A DNA stretch of 28,941 bases from a virus (IMGVR_UViG_3300049595_003752:76163-105103), one strand, 5' to 3'. Positions 8,949-19,410 are shown, numbered from the stretch's first letter. The notes: a model not told the origin generated them from the sequence alone. Numbers and translations are program-made.

Positions 8949-11720
8949 ATGAGAAATATATTTTTGTTAGAAGAATTACTTTTAGAAAATAGAATAGATG
9001 ATGTTAAAAAGAAATATCCTAACGTACCTTCTGAAGTTATAGAAGAGTTTGCTAGTAATGACCCTTCTGGTACCAACAAATATTTGGATTGGATGGTTTA
9101 TACCAAGTCTATAGGTTTTCCCGGTATTGGTACGTCAAATGTTATTAAAAATATAAATTTATTTCATAAAAACATTAACAAATTAACCAAAGAATTTTTT
9201 GATGAATTTATTAAAGAAAATAAATTTGAATGGTTACTTACTGATAACTCACCTGTAGCCAAAACTTTTCAAAATATTTATAAAAGTCCTAAAGATATTA
9301 ATACTTACAAAGATTACGGTATTGCTTCAGTAATTTTTAAATCTGTTGATAACGTGTTATCTAAATCTGAGGTTAAAAAATTAGAAGCAAATGTTTTATA
9401 CAACTCTGATGATTTATTAATCATGATTCCTAAATCACATAGAGCATCTTGTTACTACGGAGCTGGAACTAAATGGTGTACAACAAATAAAGAAAGTGAT
9501 AATTATTTTAAAAATTATACTAATAAAGGTACTTTAATTTATGTTATAAATAAAAAAGAACCTGAAACAAACCCTTGGTATAAAACTGCCTTTTTAATTG
9601 AAAAAGAAAATGGTAAAGTTCAAGCCTATGATGCTCCAGACCATCCGACCGATATAAATATTGCGGCAGAAAAATTAGGTGATAATTGGGGAATTATCAG
9701 AGACGTTATTGTAGAATATCTTTATAAAAATGAATTAAAAGGTATTGAAAACCTTTATTTTGGACAAGATTTGATTGCTTGGTTAGAATCCAAAGATATT
9801 GATCCACTTAAAACTTTAAATTCAAATCAATTAATTGAAAAATTGGGTCACAATACTTTAATATCTTATTTAAATAAAAGGGGTATTAATATATACGAAT
9901 ATCTACCGTATAGACAAATATTAGAAATTTATTCGATTCAAAAAATATGGGAAGGTTATAAAAATATCGGTATTAACCCGTTAACCAAAATGTTTATCAA
10001 ACGTAATGACGCAGACGATTTAATTCAGGCAATAAAAAATAAAACCATTTCTTTAGATGAGTTTTTACATTTAAGTTCTGACCCAAAATTTTTAGAATCT
10101 GTTTCAGGTGGTGAAGTACAAGGAACTAAAAACATTTTTACAATAATGAATTTGTTTTTTGGAAGTAGTAGACCGGACGATTGGATGAGTTCTAGAATAG
10201 CACCAGCCTTAATAGAATTATTTAACAATGATGTTGATTTGATATTTGGTTACGCTAAAAACATAGGAGTAAACTTATTCCAAGCTTTAGATGTTAGGGG
10301 TATGAACCATCTTTTAAATAAAAAATTTGATTTTGAAAATGCTTTAAAATATACCTTACAAAATAAAGATTATTTAAAAAGTACTTTAGTTAATTACGGT
10401 TTCCCTAAAAAAGAAGTTATTGAGTATCTTTCTAAACAACCCAACGGAATAGAGTTATTTAAAGAATTAGTTGACAAGGACTTAATAAAAGATTTAAGGA
10501 TAGAAGAAGTTTTACCGTTTTTTAAAGATGACAGAAAAGAAGTTTTTTTATTTTGGTTAAAATCTAAATTTAGAGGCAGGTTTGATGTTGAGGATGTTTT
10601 GGATGCTGCAGGTCCCGAAATAGGTAAAGTTTTTTCAAACATAGAATCTTTTGAAGCTTTTATAAGTGAAAATTATTTACACAAAGATTACGATATTTTA
10701 AAATCTGTTTCCATAAAATCTTTATGGAAAAGTTTTTTCAACAAAGATTTTTATCAATTATATAAAACGTTTTTAGAAAAAGGTAGAGCTAATGAACTAG
10801 ATACTTTGATGTTGATAAAGGCTTATGAAGATGCTCCTGTTGAAGAGGGTACTGGGTTAAAAAATATTGTTTTAGAAAGAGCTCATTATGAATTAAAAGG
10901 CGATAACAGATGTAAATTAGAAACTAGAGACGGTGTTGATTATATCATTTTTGAAGATTTGGACCGTGTTTTAGGGTTATTTGATGATAATGCTGATTAT
11001 TACAGTGTCCTATCAAGTAGTTTTAACCCTGATACTTATGAAAATTTTTCTGATATAAGTTATTTTTTAGACAATGAAATCACAATTAAAGTAATTAAAG
11101 ATTACCTAATGGATAATTTTAGAGAAAAAAAGGTGGGTTTAAATTTAGACTGGTTGGAAGATTTTGATGATTTAGGTGATAGAATTAAAATAGACGACAT
11201 CAACGATAAATTTTATTTTAAATTATATGATGAATTAATTCAGGGGATGTCTGGTTATAATATATTAGTATTAGTTGAAAACTCACCTGAATTAAAAAAA
11301 CTTAAAGAAGTAATTGAATCGTCTTACAGTATTGTTTATAAAGATTTACTTAGGAAAGAACTTAAAGATGAGTTGACATCGAAAATGGAAGGTATTTTTG
11401 GTGATGATTTTATGCGAACTAAAAAAATTCAAAATAAATATAAAGAACCGAAAACTGTTTATGAATTTAGGTATGATTATTTAATGGATGATATTATCAC
11501 TTTTGCTGATGATTTTGTTTTTTATGAAGAAGAACTACCCAATTCGGTTTATGATTTAATTGTATCGTTAATGGAGAATAATAAAGGTAGGTTTGACGGT
11601 ACTGTTAGTTTAGATTTAGAATATGTTATGGAAATTTGGTCCCCGTATGAAAATCAGGAATTGTTTTTAGAAACTTTTACCAATGAACTATATCAAACCC
11701 TAAGTAAATCCGAAGATTAG
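8949..11720 (+). CDS. Large hypothetical protein; N-terminal domain paralogous to 28155..28913
   Basis: DPSGTNKYLDWM...YYGAGTKWCTT...YFKNYTNKGTLIYVINK matches DPSSTNKYLPFM...VYGKSTKWCVS...YFNQYTENGVLVFVIDK. ATATTTAT lies 5 nt upstream of the ATG. Confidence 0.8.
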   Translation: MRNIFLLEELLLENRIDDVKKKYPNVPSEVIEEFASNDPSGTNKYLDWMVYTKSIGFPGIGTSNVIKNINLFHKNINKLTKEFFDEFIKENKFEWLLTDNSPVAKTFQNIYKSPKDINTYKDYGIASVIFKSVDNVLSKSEVKKLEANVLYNSDDLLIMIPKSHRASCYYGAGTKWCTTNKESDNYFKNYTNKGTLIYVINKKEPETNPWYKTAFLIEKENGKVQAYDAPDHPTDINIAAEKLGDNWGIIRDVIVEYLYKNELKGIENLYFGQDLIAWLESKDIDPLKTLNSNQLIEKLGHNTLISYLNKRGINIYEYLPYRQILEIYSIQKIWEGYKNIGINPLTKMFIKRNDADDLIQAIKNKTISLDEFLHLSSDPKFLESVSGGEVQGTKNIFTIMNLFFGSSRPDDWMSSRIAPALIELFNNDVDLIFGYAKNIGVNLFQALDVRGMNHLLNKKFDFENALKYTLQNKDYLKSTLVNYGFPKKEVIEYLSKQPNGIELFKELVDKDLIKDLRIEEVLPFFKDDRKEVFLFWLKSKFRGRFDVEDVLDAAGPEIGKVFSNIESFEAFISENYLHKDYDILKSVSIKSLWKSFFNKDFYQLYKTFLEKGRANELDTLMLIKAYEDAPVEEGTGLKNIVLERAHYELKGDNRCKLETRDGVDYIIFEDLDRVLGLFDDNADYYSVLSSSFNPDTYENFSDISYFLDNEITIKVIKDYLMDNFREKKVGLNLDWLEDFDDLGDRIKIDDINDKFYFKLYDELIQGMSGYNILVLVENSPELKKLKEVIESSYSIVYKDLLRKELKDELTSKMEGIFGDDFMRTKKIQNKYKEPKTVYEFRYDYLMDDIITFADDFVFYEEELPNSVYDLIVSLMENNKGRFDGTVSLDLEYVMEIWSPYENQELFLETFTNELYQTLSKSED

Positions 11721-11768
11721 GACTTAAATAATGTTCTTGATATTTATATATCAAAAGAACGTTATATT

Positions 11769-13598
11769 ATGTCAAATGTACCACAAAATAAGGCTCAAAA
11801 ATTAATGGAGATTGGAAAGTCCATGAAGGACCCAATTTATGCCATTGAGAACTATCTTGAGACTTTTGATCAAACACAAAAAAGTTTTGTCAGATTTAAA
11901 TTATTTCCCAAACAAAAAGAATTAATAACGGCGTATAAAAACAACCGTTTTAATATAGTGATGAAACCCCGTCAGGCTGGTGTTTCTACTACAACAGCAG
12001 CTTATATAGCTGTTATGACAGCATTAGCTGACCCAAACAATCCACAAAGGGTTCTTATTTTAGCCAATAAACAAGAAACAGCGATTGAGTTTCTTAAAAA
12101 AATTAAAGATTTTACTTCACAAATACCAACATGGATGAATGTTTGGACATCAGGAAATGATGATTCTTGGTACGATGCTGAAAAAAACTCTGCAAAACAT
12201 TATCGTTTAAAAAATGGTTCTGAAATTAAAGCAGTGGCAACTTCTTTAGATGCGTTACGTGGTTATACACCTACGTTACTTGTTATGGATGAGGCGGCTT
12301 ATATTGAGGGTGGTGAAGAAGTTTACGCGGCAGCTCAACCAGCTTTATCGACGGGTGGTGGAGCCATTCTTATTAGTACACCTAATGGTATGGACCCATT
12401 ATACTATAAAACTTACATGTCAGCTAAAACTAAAGATAAAACAAACAATCCTTTTAATATCGTTGAAATGAGATGGTTCCAAGACCCACGTTATAATAAG
12501 GGTATGGTTTGGCAGAAAAAAGATGAAGTGGGTGAAGTAATAGAAGAAAAGGTTGACATGGACTACGCAAATTTTGAACAGTTAGAGTCTGAAGGTTGGC
12601 AACCAACTGCCCCTTGGTTTGAGATGATGTGTGGTCAGTTAAATAATAACCCAAGAACTATTGCACAAGAGTTATTATGTGCATTTAACGGTTCGGGTGA
12701 TAATGTTATAAACTCAAAATACGTTGAGTATCAAAAGAAAAATAACGTCAAAGACCCTATTAGAACTGAATGGTTAGACGGTAACATGTGGATATGGGAA
12801 GACCCACAATTAGGTCACGAATATATTTTATCTGTCGATGCCGCTTCTGGTTCGGCTGATGACTTCGCATCTATTTGTGTTATGGATTTTACTACAGGTC
12901 ACCAAGTTGCTGAATATCACGGTAAAATTGCACCCGATACTTTGGGTGAAATCGCGGTAGAATATGGTAATCGATATGAGGCATTTGTGGTTGTTGATAT
13001 TACGGGTGGTTATGGTGTGTCTTCAGTTTTAAAAATGATTGAGATGGGTTATTCTTCTAAAAAAATGTATTATGACGTTGTTTTAGGTATTGATTCTGTT
13101 ACAAACAATAAAAATTTAGAAAGACATATGAGAGATGGTAAATTACCTGGTCTAAACTTTCAAAAAAATAGAAATACTATTATTACTAAATTAGAAGAGG
13201 CTGTTAGATTAGATTCTTTTAAAGTACGTTCTATTAGGTCTATTGCTGAAATGGATACATTTGTATTTAAAAACGGTCGTCCTGACCATATGAAAGGTTA
13301 CCACGATGATTTATTAATGGCAATAGCGATGTGTTGTTTTGTATCTCAAACTTCTTTTAAAGATTTTGAAAAAAGTAAGGGTCAAACTAAAGCGATGTTA
13401 GATTCTTGGGTTGTTTCAACCAACACTAGTGAAACAGTTGACGCATTAAATACTTCAGAATATAACGCAGTAGTTAATAGAGAAGCGACAGCAAAACAAG
13501 TACAACATGCTTTATCTGAACATAATTGGGTTTTTGCTGGTATGAAAGGTTTTAAGGACATGGATAAAAACAAAAAAATAATAAATAGAAGAAGTTAA
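11769..13598 (+). CDS. terL: Terminase large subunit (T4 gp17-like)
   Basis: KPRQAGVST (Walker A variant), LLVMDEAAY (Walker B), LISTPNG (coupling motif), RNase H-like nuclease residues ILSVDAASG and YHDDLLMA. Directly upstream of the portal gene. Confidence 0.95.
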   Translation: MSNVPQNKAQKLMEIGKSMKDPIYAIENYLETFDQTQKSFVRFKLFPKQKELITAYKNNRFNIVMKPRQAGVSTTTAAYIAVMTALADPNNPQRVLILANKQETAIEFLKKIKDFTSQIPTWMNVWTSGNDDSWYDAEKNSAKHYRLKNGSEIKAVATSLDALRGYTPTLLVMDEAAYIEGGEEVYAAAQPALSTGGGAILISTPNGMDPLYYKTYMSAKTKDKTNNPFNIVEMRWFQDPRYNKGMVWQKKDEVGEVIEEKVDMDYANFEQLESEGWQPTAPWFEMMCGQLNNNPRTIAQELLCAFNGSGDNVINSKYVEYQKKNNVKDPIRTEWLDGNMWIWEDPQLGHEYILSVDAASGSADDFASICVMDFTTGHQVAEYHGKIAPDTLGEIAVEYGNRYEAFVVVDITGGYGVSSVLKMIEMGYSSKKMYYDVVLGIDSVTNNKNLERHMRDGKLPGLNFQKNRNTIITKLEEAVRLDSFKVRSIRSIAEMDTFVFKNGRPDHMKGYHDDLLMAIAMCCFVSQTSFKDFEKSKGQTKAMLDSWVVSTNTSETVDALNTSEYNAVVNREATAKQVQHALSEHNWVFAGMKGFKDMDKNKKIINRRS

Positions 13599-13684
13599 TA
13601 CATTCACATTTAAAGATAGATGGTTTACTTTTAGTATGAATATTTATTTCTAAATATAATATAACAAGGTTTGAAAATTAATTA

Positions 13685-15610
13685 ATGGCCGACAATAAAG
13701 ATTTAACAGTATATCAGAAATTATTTTACCTTTTTGGTCAAAATAAAAAACCTGAAAGAACTACCCCAAAATATAGTTTTGGTGACGGTGATTTAATCAC
13801 CATGCAATCAAAACAAGATTACGATAAACAAAAATTAGAATTACAACAAAAAAGTTATCTTGAGTCGCAATGGCAAAGAGTAGATAATGAACTTTATCAA
13901 AAAGCTGTTTACTATGAGACCTCAAGAATTGCTTCATATATGGATTATGAGGCTATGGAATTTACACCTGAAATTTCTGCCGCTTTAGATATTATGGCAG
14001 AAGAATCTTGTACACCAAGTGAACAAGGTAAAGTACTTACCATACAATCAAACTCTAAAAGAGTTAAAAATGTTTTAGAAGATTTATTTTACAACGTAGT
14101 TGATATTCAAACTAATTTACCAATGTGGACTCGTAATACATGTAAGTATGGTGATAATTTTGTTTTCTTAAAAATTGATAATAAAAGAGGTATTATAGGT
14201 TCTTCACAATTAACTAATATTGAAATAGAACGTAAAGAAGAGGGTATGTTTCCTACACAAAAAGAAGGTAACACAACACCTATGCAAGAACAAAAGAAAA
14301 AACAAGTTATATTTCATTGGCGTGAAAAGGCCATGGATTTTAACCCATGGGAGATTGCACATTTTCGTTTATTAGGTGATGATAGACGTTTACCTTACGG
14401 TACTTCGGTGTTGGAAAAGGCTAGACGTATTTGGAAACAAATGTTATTATCTGAAGATGCGATGTTAGTTTATCGTGTTGTTAGAGCACCTGAAAGACGT
14501 GTATTTAAAATTTATGTCGGTAACATTGATGATAAAGATGTTGATGCTTATGTACAAAAAGTAGCTAATAAATTTAAAAGACAACAAATTGTTGACCAAA
14601 AAACAGGACAGGTTGATTTACGTTACAACACATTAGCTGTAGATCAAGATTATTTCGTTCCTGTTCGTGACCCTAACGCACCAAACCCAATAGATACTTT
14701 GGCGGGTGCTAGTAATTTAGATCAAATTGCTGACATTGAGTATATTCAAAAGAAATTATTAACAGCGCTTAGAGTACCTAAAGCATTTTTAGGTTTTGAT
14801 GAATCTCCTGGTGACGGTAAAAATTTAGCTTTATTAGATATTCGTTTCGCTAGAACAATTAATAGAATTCAACAATCTATGATTCAAGAATTGAATAAAT
14901 TAGCTATTATTCATTTATTTATTTTAGGGTTTACTGATGATTTAAATAATTTTACTTTAAATCTTACTAACCCATCTACTCAGGGTGAAATGTTAAAAGT
15001 TGAACAATGGAAAGAAAAAGTTCTTCTTTATAAAGATTTAGTGACTCAAGTTGATGGTGGTATAGCTCCTTCATCACATACTTGGGCTAAGAAAAATATT
15101 TTTAATTGGACCGATGAGGAAATTAAAACCGACCTTGAACAACAAATGATGGAGAGAGCTGCATCTAAAGAATTAGAAAACACACCTGAAGTTGTTAAGA
15201 AAACAGGTTTCTTTGATAGGGTTACTAAACTTTATGGTGAAATTGGTGGACCTACTCCTGCAGCTGGAGCTGAAGGTGGTGGGGTTGAAGAAGGTGGAGC
15301 TGAAGCTGGCGGTGGATTTGGTGGCGGAGGAGGATTTGGTGGTGGTGGCCTTGAACTAGGTGGTGGTGAAGAAATTGGTGGTGGAGCTGAAGTTGGTGAA
15401 GAAGGTGGTGAAGAAGGTGGTGGGGCTGAAACCGGATTTGGTGAAAGTTTTCGTTATAAAGACAAATCAATTATCGATAAGTTATTAATGGAGGGTAGAA
15501 GAAAAAATGAGGATATTATGATGATGACCGAAGGAATTAAAAATTTAATAGGTGAAGAAGAAGAAAATAGTGACAAAGATTTAGATGACTTTAATTTATT
15601 ACAAGATTAA
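13685..15610 (+). CDS. gp20: Portal protein (T4 gp20-like) with Gly/Glu-rich C-terminal extension
   Basis: LVYRVVRAPERRVFKIYVGN, QDYFVPVR, IDTLAG, DIEYIQKKLLTALRVP and DIRFARTI motifs typical of T4-type portals. Confidence 0.93.
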   Translation: MADNKDLTVYQKLFYLFGQNKKPERTTPKYSFGDGDLITMQSKQDYDKQKLELQQKSYLESQWQRVDNELYQKAVYYETSRIASYMDYEAMEFTPEISAALDIMAEESCTPSEQGKVLTIQSNSKRVKNVLEDLFYNVVDIQTNLPMWTRNTCKYGDNFVFLKIDNKRGIIGSSQLTNIEIERKEEGMFPTQKEGNTTPMQEQKKKQVIFHWREKAMDFNPWEIAHFRLLGDDRRLPYGTSVLEKARRIWKQMLLSEDAMLVYRVVRAPERRVFKIYVGNIDDKDVDAYVQKVANKFKRQQIVDQKTGQVDLRYNTLAVDQDYFVPVRDPNAPNPIDTLAGASNLDQIADIEYIQKKLLTALRVPKAFLGFDESPGDGKNLALLDIRFARTINRIQQSMIQELNKLAIIHLFILGFTDDLNNFTLNLTNPSTQGEMLKVEQWKEKVLLYKDLVTQVDGGIAPSSHTWAKKNIFNWTDEEIKTDLEQQMMERAASKELENTPEVVKKTGFFDRVTKLYGEIGGPTPAAGAEGGGVEEGGAEAGGGFGGGGGFGGGGLELGGGEEIGGGAEVGEEGGEEGGGAETGFGESFRYKDKSIIDKLLMEGRRKNEDIMMMTEGIKNLIGEEEENSDKDLDDFNLLQD

Positions 15611-15636
15611 TAATATTTATATATTAAAAGCTAAAA

Positions 15637-16407
15637 ATGAATTTCGGTATAATTAAAAACACATACGCAAAATCCCTAATAGATTCATACATAAACGAAT
15701 CAAAAGGAGGTAACAAAAAGAAATATAAAGAATTTATTAAAAGTATTTCTGAAAGTCCTATTCTAAGAACACAGTTTATTGTTTATAAAAACATTGAGAA
15801 CGGTTGTTTTGACTCAGAAGTTAATGCCACTGAATATTTAAAAGAAAATATTTCATTATTTAATGAGTTTGGTAAAAAAGATATCATTAAAGAAAATGAA
15901 AAGTTAGGTAATAAAATAAAAATTACTTCTTTTGGTTATGAATTAAAACAGTTACACGAATCTTTAAATGATTTAATTGTTTTAGAAAAAAAGGCTGAAA
16001 CTATTAATAAAATCCACAATTCTTTTGAGTACGTTAAAAAATGGTTACTTTCACCTAAAAAAATTAACGAATCGACAAGTAATGTAAAACCTGTTGATGC
16101 TAATAAATTTTTAGATATTGTAACTAAAAAATATAACGAAAAGTATTCTAATATTTCTGAAGAAGAAAAAAAAGTTTTAAAAACTATTCTTTCTACAAAT
16201 GATATAGAAAAAGAAAGTTTATTAAAAGACATGGTTAAAGAATCTATCACACTTATCAACAACTCTTTAAAACAATTTGGTGATAATTTAGAAATTAAAT
16301 CTAAATTATTAGAGGCTAAAGATGTTGTTTATAATTTAGAGTATAACAAGGACTCTTTTAAAGAAGATATTTTAAAAGTTTACGAACTTAAAACAAATTT
16401 AAGTTAA
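15637..16407 (+). CDS. Hypothetical head-module protein
   Basis: 256-aa helical ORF after the portal gene, with ATATTTAT at 15613-15620. Confidence 0.75.
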   Translation: MNFGIIKNTYAKSLIDSYINESKGGNKKKYKEFIKSISESPILRTQFIVYKNIENGCFDSEVNATEYLKENISLFNEFGKKDIIKENEKLGNKIKITSFGYELKQLHESLNDLIVLEKKAETINKIHNSFEYVKKWLLSPKKINESTSNVKPVDANKFLDIVTKKYNEKYSNISEEEKKVLKTILSTNDIEKESLLKDMVKESITLINNSLKQFGDNLEIKSKLLEAKDVVYNLEYNKDSFKEDILKVYELKTNLS

Positions 16408-16432
16408 TAACAAATTTTAAAACCCGTTTCTA

Positions 16433-16678
16433 ATGATTAAAACAGAATCAGAAAATTTAGTAAAGTTACGTCAAATAGTAAAAGAAATCGAATCTAAAGA
16501 ATTTGATTTTGGTGATGATAAAGATTATCAGAGACTTATTGAAAGTGTTGATAGTTTGATACATAATGAAATGGGTAAGATTAATTGTGAAACTAATAAA
16601 GATTGTAAAATAAAATCTTACGAAACTTTATTCACGTCTATTATAACAATTTTAGAAGGTAGTAAACATTTAATTTAA
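16433..16678 (+). CDS. Hypothetical protein
   Basis: 81-aa ORF filling the gap in the operon. Confidence 0.7.
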   Translation: MIKTESENLVKLRQIVKEIESKEFDFGDDKDYQRLIESVDSLIHNEMGKINCETNKDCKIKSYETLFTSIITILEGSKHLI

Positions 16679-16679
16679 A

Positions 16680-17015
16680 ATGTCACAACAAGAAGAAAAT
16701 TTCAAAACACTTTGGGCTGAATATTCTAAGTTGGTCCTTAAAGAACTTGATAGGATGAACAACAACTATGAAAATTTAAGAGAGAATATTGAAAATATTA
16801 ACTCTAAATTAAATGATGTTAAAAACACAGAAAAATCCTTACATGATTTAAAAATTTGGCAAGAAAAAATAAATGATGTGTGGTCACCTTCTCAAATGAA
16901 AGAAGCTAAAGATGAGGTTTATAAACAAAAAAATCGTTGGACAGCGACTATAGCAATTTTATTATTTATACAAATAATAGTCGGAATTATTGTCTCACTA
17001 AAAGTATTTTTTTAA
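16680..17015 (+). CDS. Coiled-coil protein with C-terminal transmembrane helix (possible holin-like/membrane protein)
   Basis: Heptad-rich N-terminus and hydrophobic TATIAILLFIQIIVGIIVSLKVFF C-terminus. Confidence 0.55.
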   Translation: MSQQEENFKTLWAEYSKLVLKELDRMNNNYENLRENIENINSKLNDVKNTEKSLHDLKIWQEKINDVWSPSQMKEAKDEVYKQKNRWTATIAILLFIQIIVGIIVSLKVFF

Positions 17016-17016
17016 T

Positions 17017-17041
17017 AAACCCTCCAATTGGAGGGTTTTTT
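17017..17041 (+). terminator. Intrinsic terminator
   Basis: aaaccctcc-aatt-ggagggttt plus T run. Confidence 0.85.
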
Positions 17042-17117
17042 GTTTATAGCGGTTTTCTAAATGGATTAAATTTAGTATAATTAAAACATATAACAAAAAA
17101 TAAATAATAACAAAATT

Positions 17118-18269
17118 ATGAGTAAAGTTTTTTTAGAATACATTTGGTTAGATGGTAATAGTCCCCAAAATCTAAGAAGTAAAACAAAAGTTGTTGACAG
17201 TACAGATATACTTGAAAGAGATGGTAATTCTAAACAAGGTTACCCTGAATCCTATCCACTTTGGAGTTTCGATGGCAGTTCAACAAAACAAGCCGGTGAG
17301 GAATTTGGTTTTGATGGTACTGATTGTGTTTTAAAACCTGTCTGTGTTGTTAGTGACCCTTTTAGAAGTAAAAGTTCATCTTACCTTCACAAATTAGTTT
17401 TTTGTGAGGTTTTTAACCCTGACGGTAAAACACCACATAAAACAAACACAAGAAGTAAGTTAAGGGATTTATTAGCCGACCTTAAATTCAAAGAGTATGA
17501 CGCAAATCATTCAGAAGTTCCTTGGTTTGGGTGGGAACAAGAATACGTTATAACACACGCTCCAGACCCGAATAACCATTTTAGGTATGGTGGAGGATTT
17601 CCTTTAGGTTTTTTAGCCGGTGATTCAGGTAAACCAAGACCACAAGGTGATTACTACTGTGGTGTCGGTGGACTTAACGTTATTGGTAGAGACATTGTAG
17701 AAGAACATCTTACAAAATGTGCAGAAATAGGGTTAGATATAGGTGGAATTAATGCCGAGGTATTGATAGGTCAATGGGAATATCAAATAGGCCCTGTGAC
17801 TGCTTTAAACGGTTCTGACCAATTATGGATTTCACGTTACATACTTGAAAGAGTTGCTGAGAAAAAAGGTTTAGGAATTTCTTATCACCCAAAACCTGTT
17901 AACGGTGATTGGAATGGTAGTGGTTGTCACGTAAACTTTTCAACCAAAGAAATGAGAGAAAAAGGTGGAATTAAAAAAATTCTTGAATCATGTGATAAAT
18001 TGTCTGAAAGACATAAAGAACATATTGAAGTTTACGGTGAGTTTAATGAAAAACGTTTAACTGGTAAACACGAAACATCTAGTATGGAAAAATTTAGTTT
18101 TGGTAATTCTGATAGAGGTTCAAGTATTAGAATACCTGTACATACATATACCAACGAAAGGGGTTATTTCGAAGATAGAAGGCCAGCGGCTAACTGTGAC
18201 CCATACAAAGTTTCTAACGTAATGATTGAAACAGTATTTGATAAGGCTGGAATAACAGTGGAACAATAA
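17118..18269 (+). CDS. glnII: Glutamine synthetase type II (GSII/GlnII)
   Basis: EYIWLDG, LRSKTK, WSFDGSST, FGWEQEY, PQGDYYCGVG, GINAEV..GQWEYQIGP, HPKPVNGDWNGSGCHVNFST, RLTGKHET, RGSSIRIP and GYFEDRRPAANCDPY. Confidence 0.95.
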   Translation: MSKVFLEYIWLDGNSPQNLRSKTKVVDSTDILERDGNSKQGYPESYPLWSFDGSSTKQAGEEFGFDGTDCVLKPVCVVSDPFRSKSSSYLHKLVFCEVFNPDGKTPHKTNTRSKLRDLLADLKFKEYDANHSEVPWFGWEQEYVITHAPDPNNHFRYGGGFPLGFLAGDSGKPRPQGDYYCGVGGLNVIGRDIVEEHLTKCAEIGLDIGGINAEVLIGQWEYQIGPVTALNGSDQLWISRYILERVAEKKGLGISYHPKPVNGDWNGSGCHVNFSTKEMREKGGIKKILESCDKLSERHKEHIEVYGEFNEKRLTGKHETSSMEKFSFGNSDRGSSIRIPVHTYTNERGYFEDRRPAANCDPYKVSNVMIETVFDKAGITVEQ

Positions 18270-18276
18270 CTGTTTT

Positions 18277-18708
18277 ATGAAAAGAGGAAAAGAAATTAAA
18301 CTGAATTTACCTTATGAATATAATGTAATTTCAGGAGCTGTGGACAATAGAAATCCAGAATCAATATACATTCAAATATCAGCTTGGGGTAAACCTAAAA
18401 ATAAAGAAGAAGAAGATTTTGATTCAATAATTAAACAAAAATCTAAAAGAGTTAAAAAGAAATTATTTGAGGTGTTAGATACTGAACAATTTTTACCAAA
18501 AGTGATTGTTGATTTTAACATGGCCTCTTCAGGTGTTTCTTATGAAAAAAGAAGTTACATGTCAGTAGAAATGACACTGTTTCAGAAAAACCCAATACCT
18601 GTAAACTCTGATAAACTATTACCTACTTTAAATAAAATATCGGAAAAAATAATAACCGATATTTTTGAAAAAGATGAGGACTTTAAATTCTTTAAAAGAA
18701 AAGGATAA
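18277..18708 (+). CDS. Hypothetical phage protein
   Basis: 143-aa ORF ending at a terminator. Confidence 0.75.
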   Translation: MKRGKEIKLNLPYEYNVISGAVDNRNPESIYIQISAWGKPKNKEEEDFDSIIKQKSKRVKKKLFEVLDTEQFLPKVIVDFNMASSGVSYEKRSYMSVEMTLFQKNPIPVNSDKLLPTLNKISEKIITDIFEKDEDFKFFKRKG

Positions 18709-18736
18709 AAAAAACCCCGAATAATCGGGGTTTTTT
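18709..18736. terminator. Bidirectional intrinsic terminator between convergent genes
   Basis: aaaaaaccccga-ataa-tcggggtttttt. Confidence 0.9.
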
Positions 18737-18739
18737 ATT

Positions 18740-19378
18740 TTAAGCCTTTGGGGACTTAAGTTGGAGTTGTGGTTCCACTTCGGCTAACAAAGTTGTAACG
18801 TTTACACCTTTATCTTTTGCCACCTTATAGATACTGTCAATCAAACCTTTTTTAACAGAGTACTTAGTTACACCTACAATAAGGGTTTCTTTATCCTTAT
18901 CAGATATTTTATCACAAGTTTCAATTAACTCAGAGATAACTTCTTGGTTACGTTCAAGAACTTCGTTGTTAAACTTAAACTCAGTAGCCTCGTCAACGAT
19001 ATCTTCACCGTAAGTTTCTTTAAGGTAATTGGCTCTTTCTTCGTTGATAGATTTGTACTTATCTTGAACAACCACCATTACTGATGCACCTTGTTCGGAA
19101 GCCATAATGAATGAAGACTCACGTTTACCTGTACGCTCAATTAAATTAGAAAATTCAGACATACCCAATTCACGAACATAACCATCAGCGTCTTTGATTT
19201 CAGCCTCAAGCTTGTCAATTTGTTCTTTAAGGGTTGCTAACTTCACCAATTTAGCGTGGAATTCTGCCATTTCAACAGGTGATTCAAACGCTGGTATAAC
19301 GTGTGATTTGTCTTTTGATTTTGCAGTCTTAGTGTCTGTAGATTTTGCTTTCGCCTTGTTGAAAAGATTTGATGCCAT
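18740..19378 (-). CDS. Hypothetical protein (coiled-coil), probably early/host-RNAP transcribed
   Basis: 212-aa ORF preceded by a Bacteroidota-type promoter. Confidence 0.75.
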   Translation of the reverse strand: MASNLFNKAKAKSTDTKTAKSKDKSHVIPAFESPVEMAEFHAKLVKLATLKEQIDKLEAEIKDADGYVRELGMSEFSNLIERTGKRESSFIMASEQGASVMVVVQDKYKSINEERANYLKETYGEDIVDEATEFKFNNEVLERNQEVISELIETCDKISDKDKETLIVGVTKYSVKKGLIDSIYKVAKDKGVNVTTLLAEVEPQLQLKSPKA

Positions 19379-19410
19379 ATGTATTGTTTTTTAGTGATTG
19401 ATTAACAATA

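Noticed and set aside
11718-11771. The only TAG stop among the called genes (11718-11720) is followed by 16 sense codons in frame with terL, suggesting amber recoding or a read-through fusion.
   Set aside because: All long genes are intact under code 11 with no internal TAG, which argues against recoding. An ATATTTAT motif in the gap gives terL its own promoter. A 16-codon open stretch can occur by chance.
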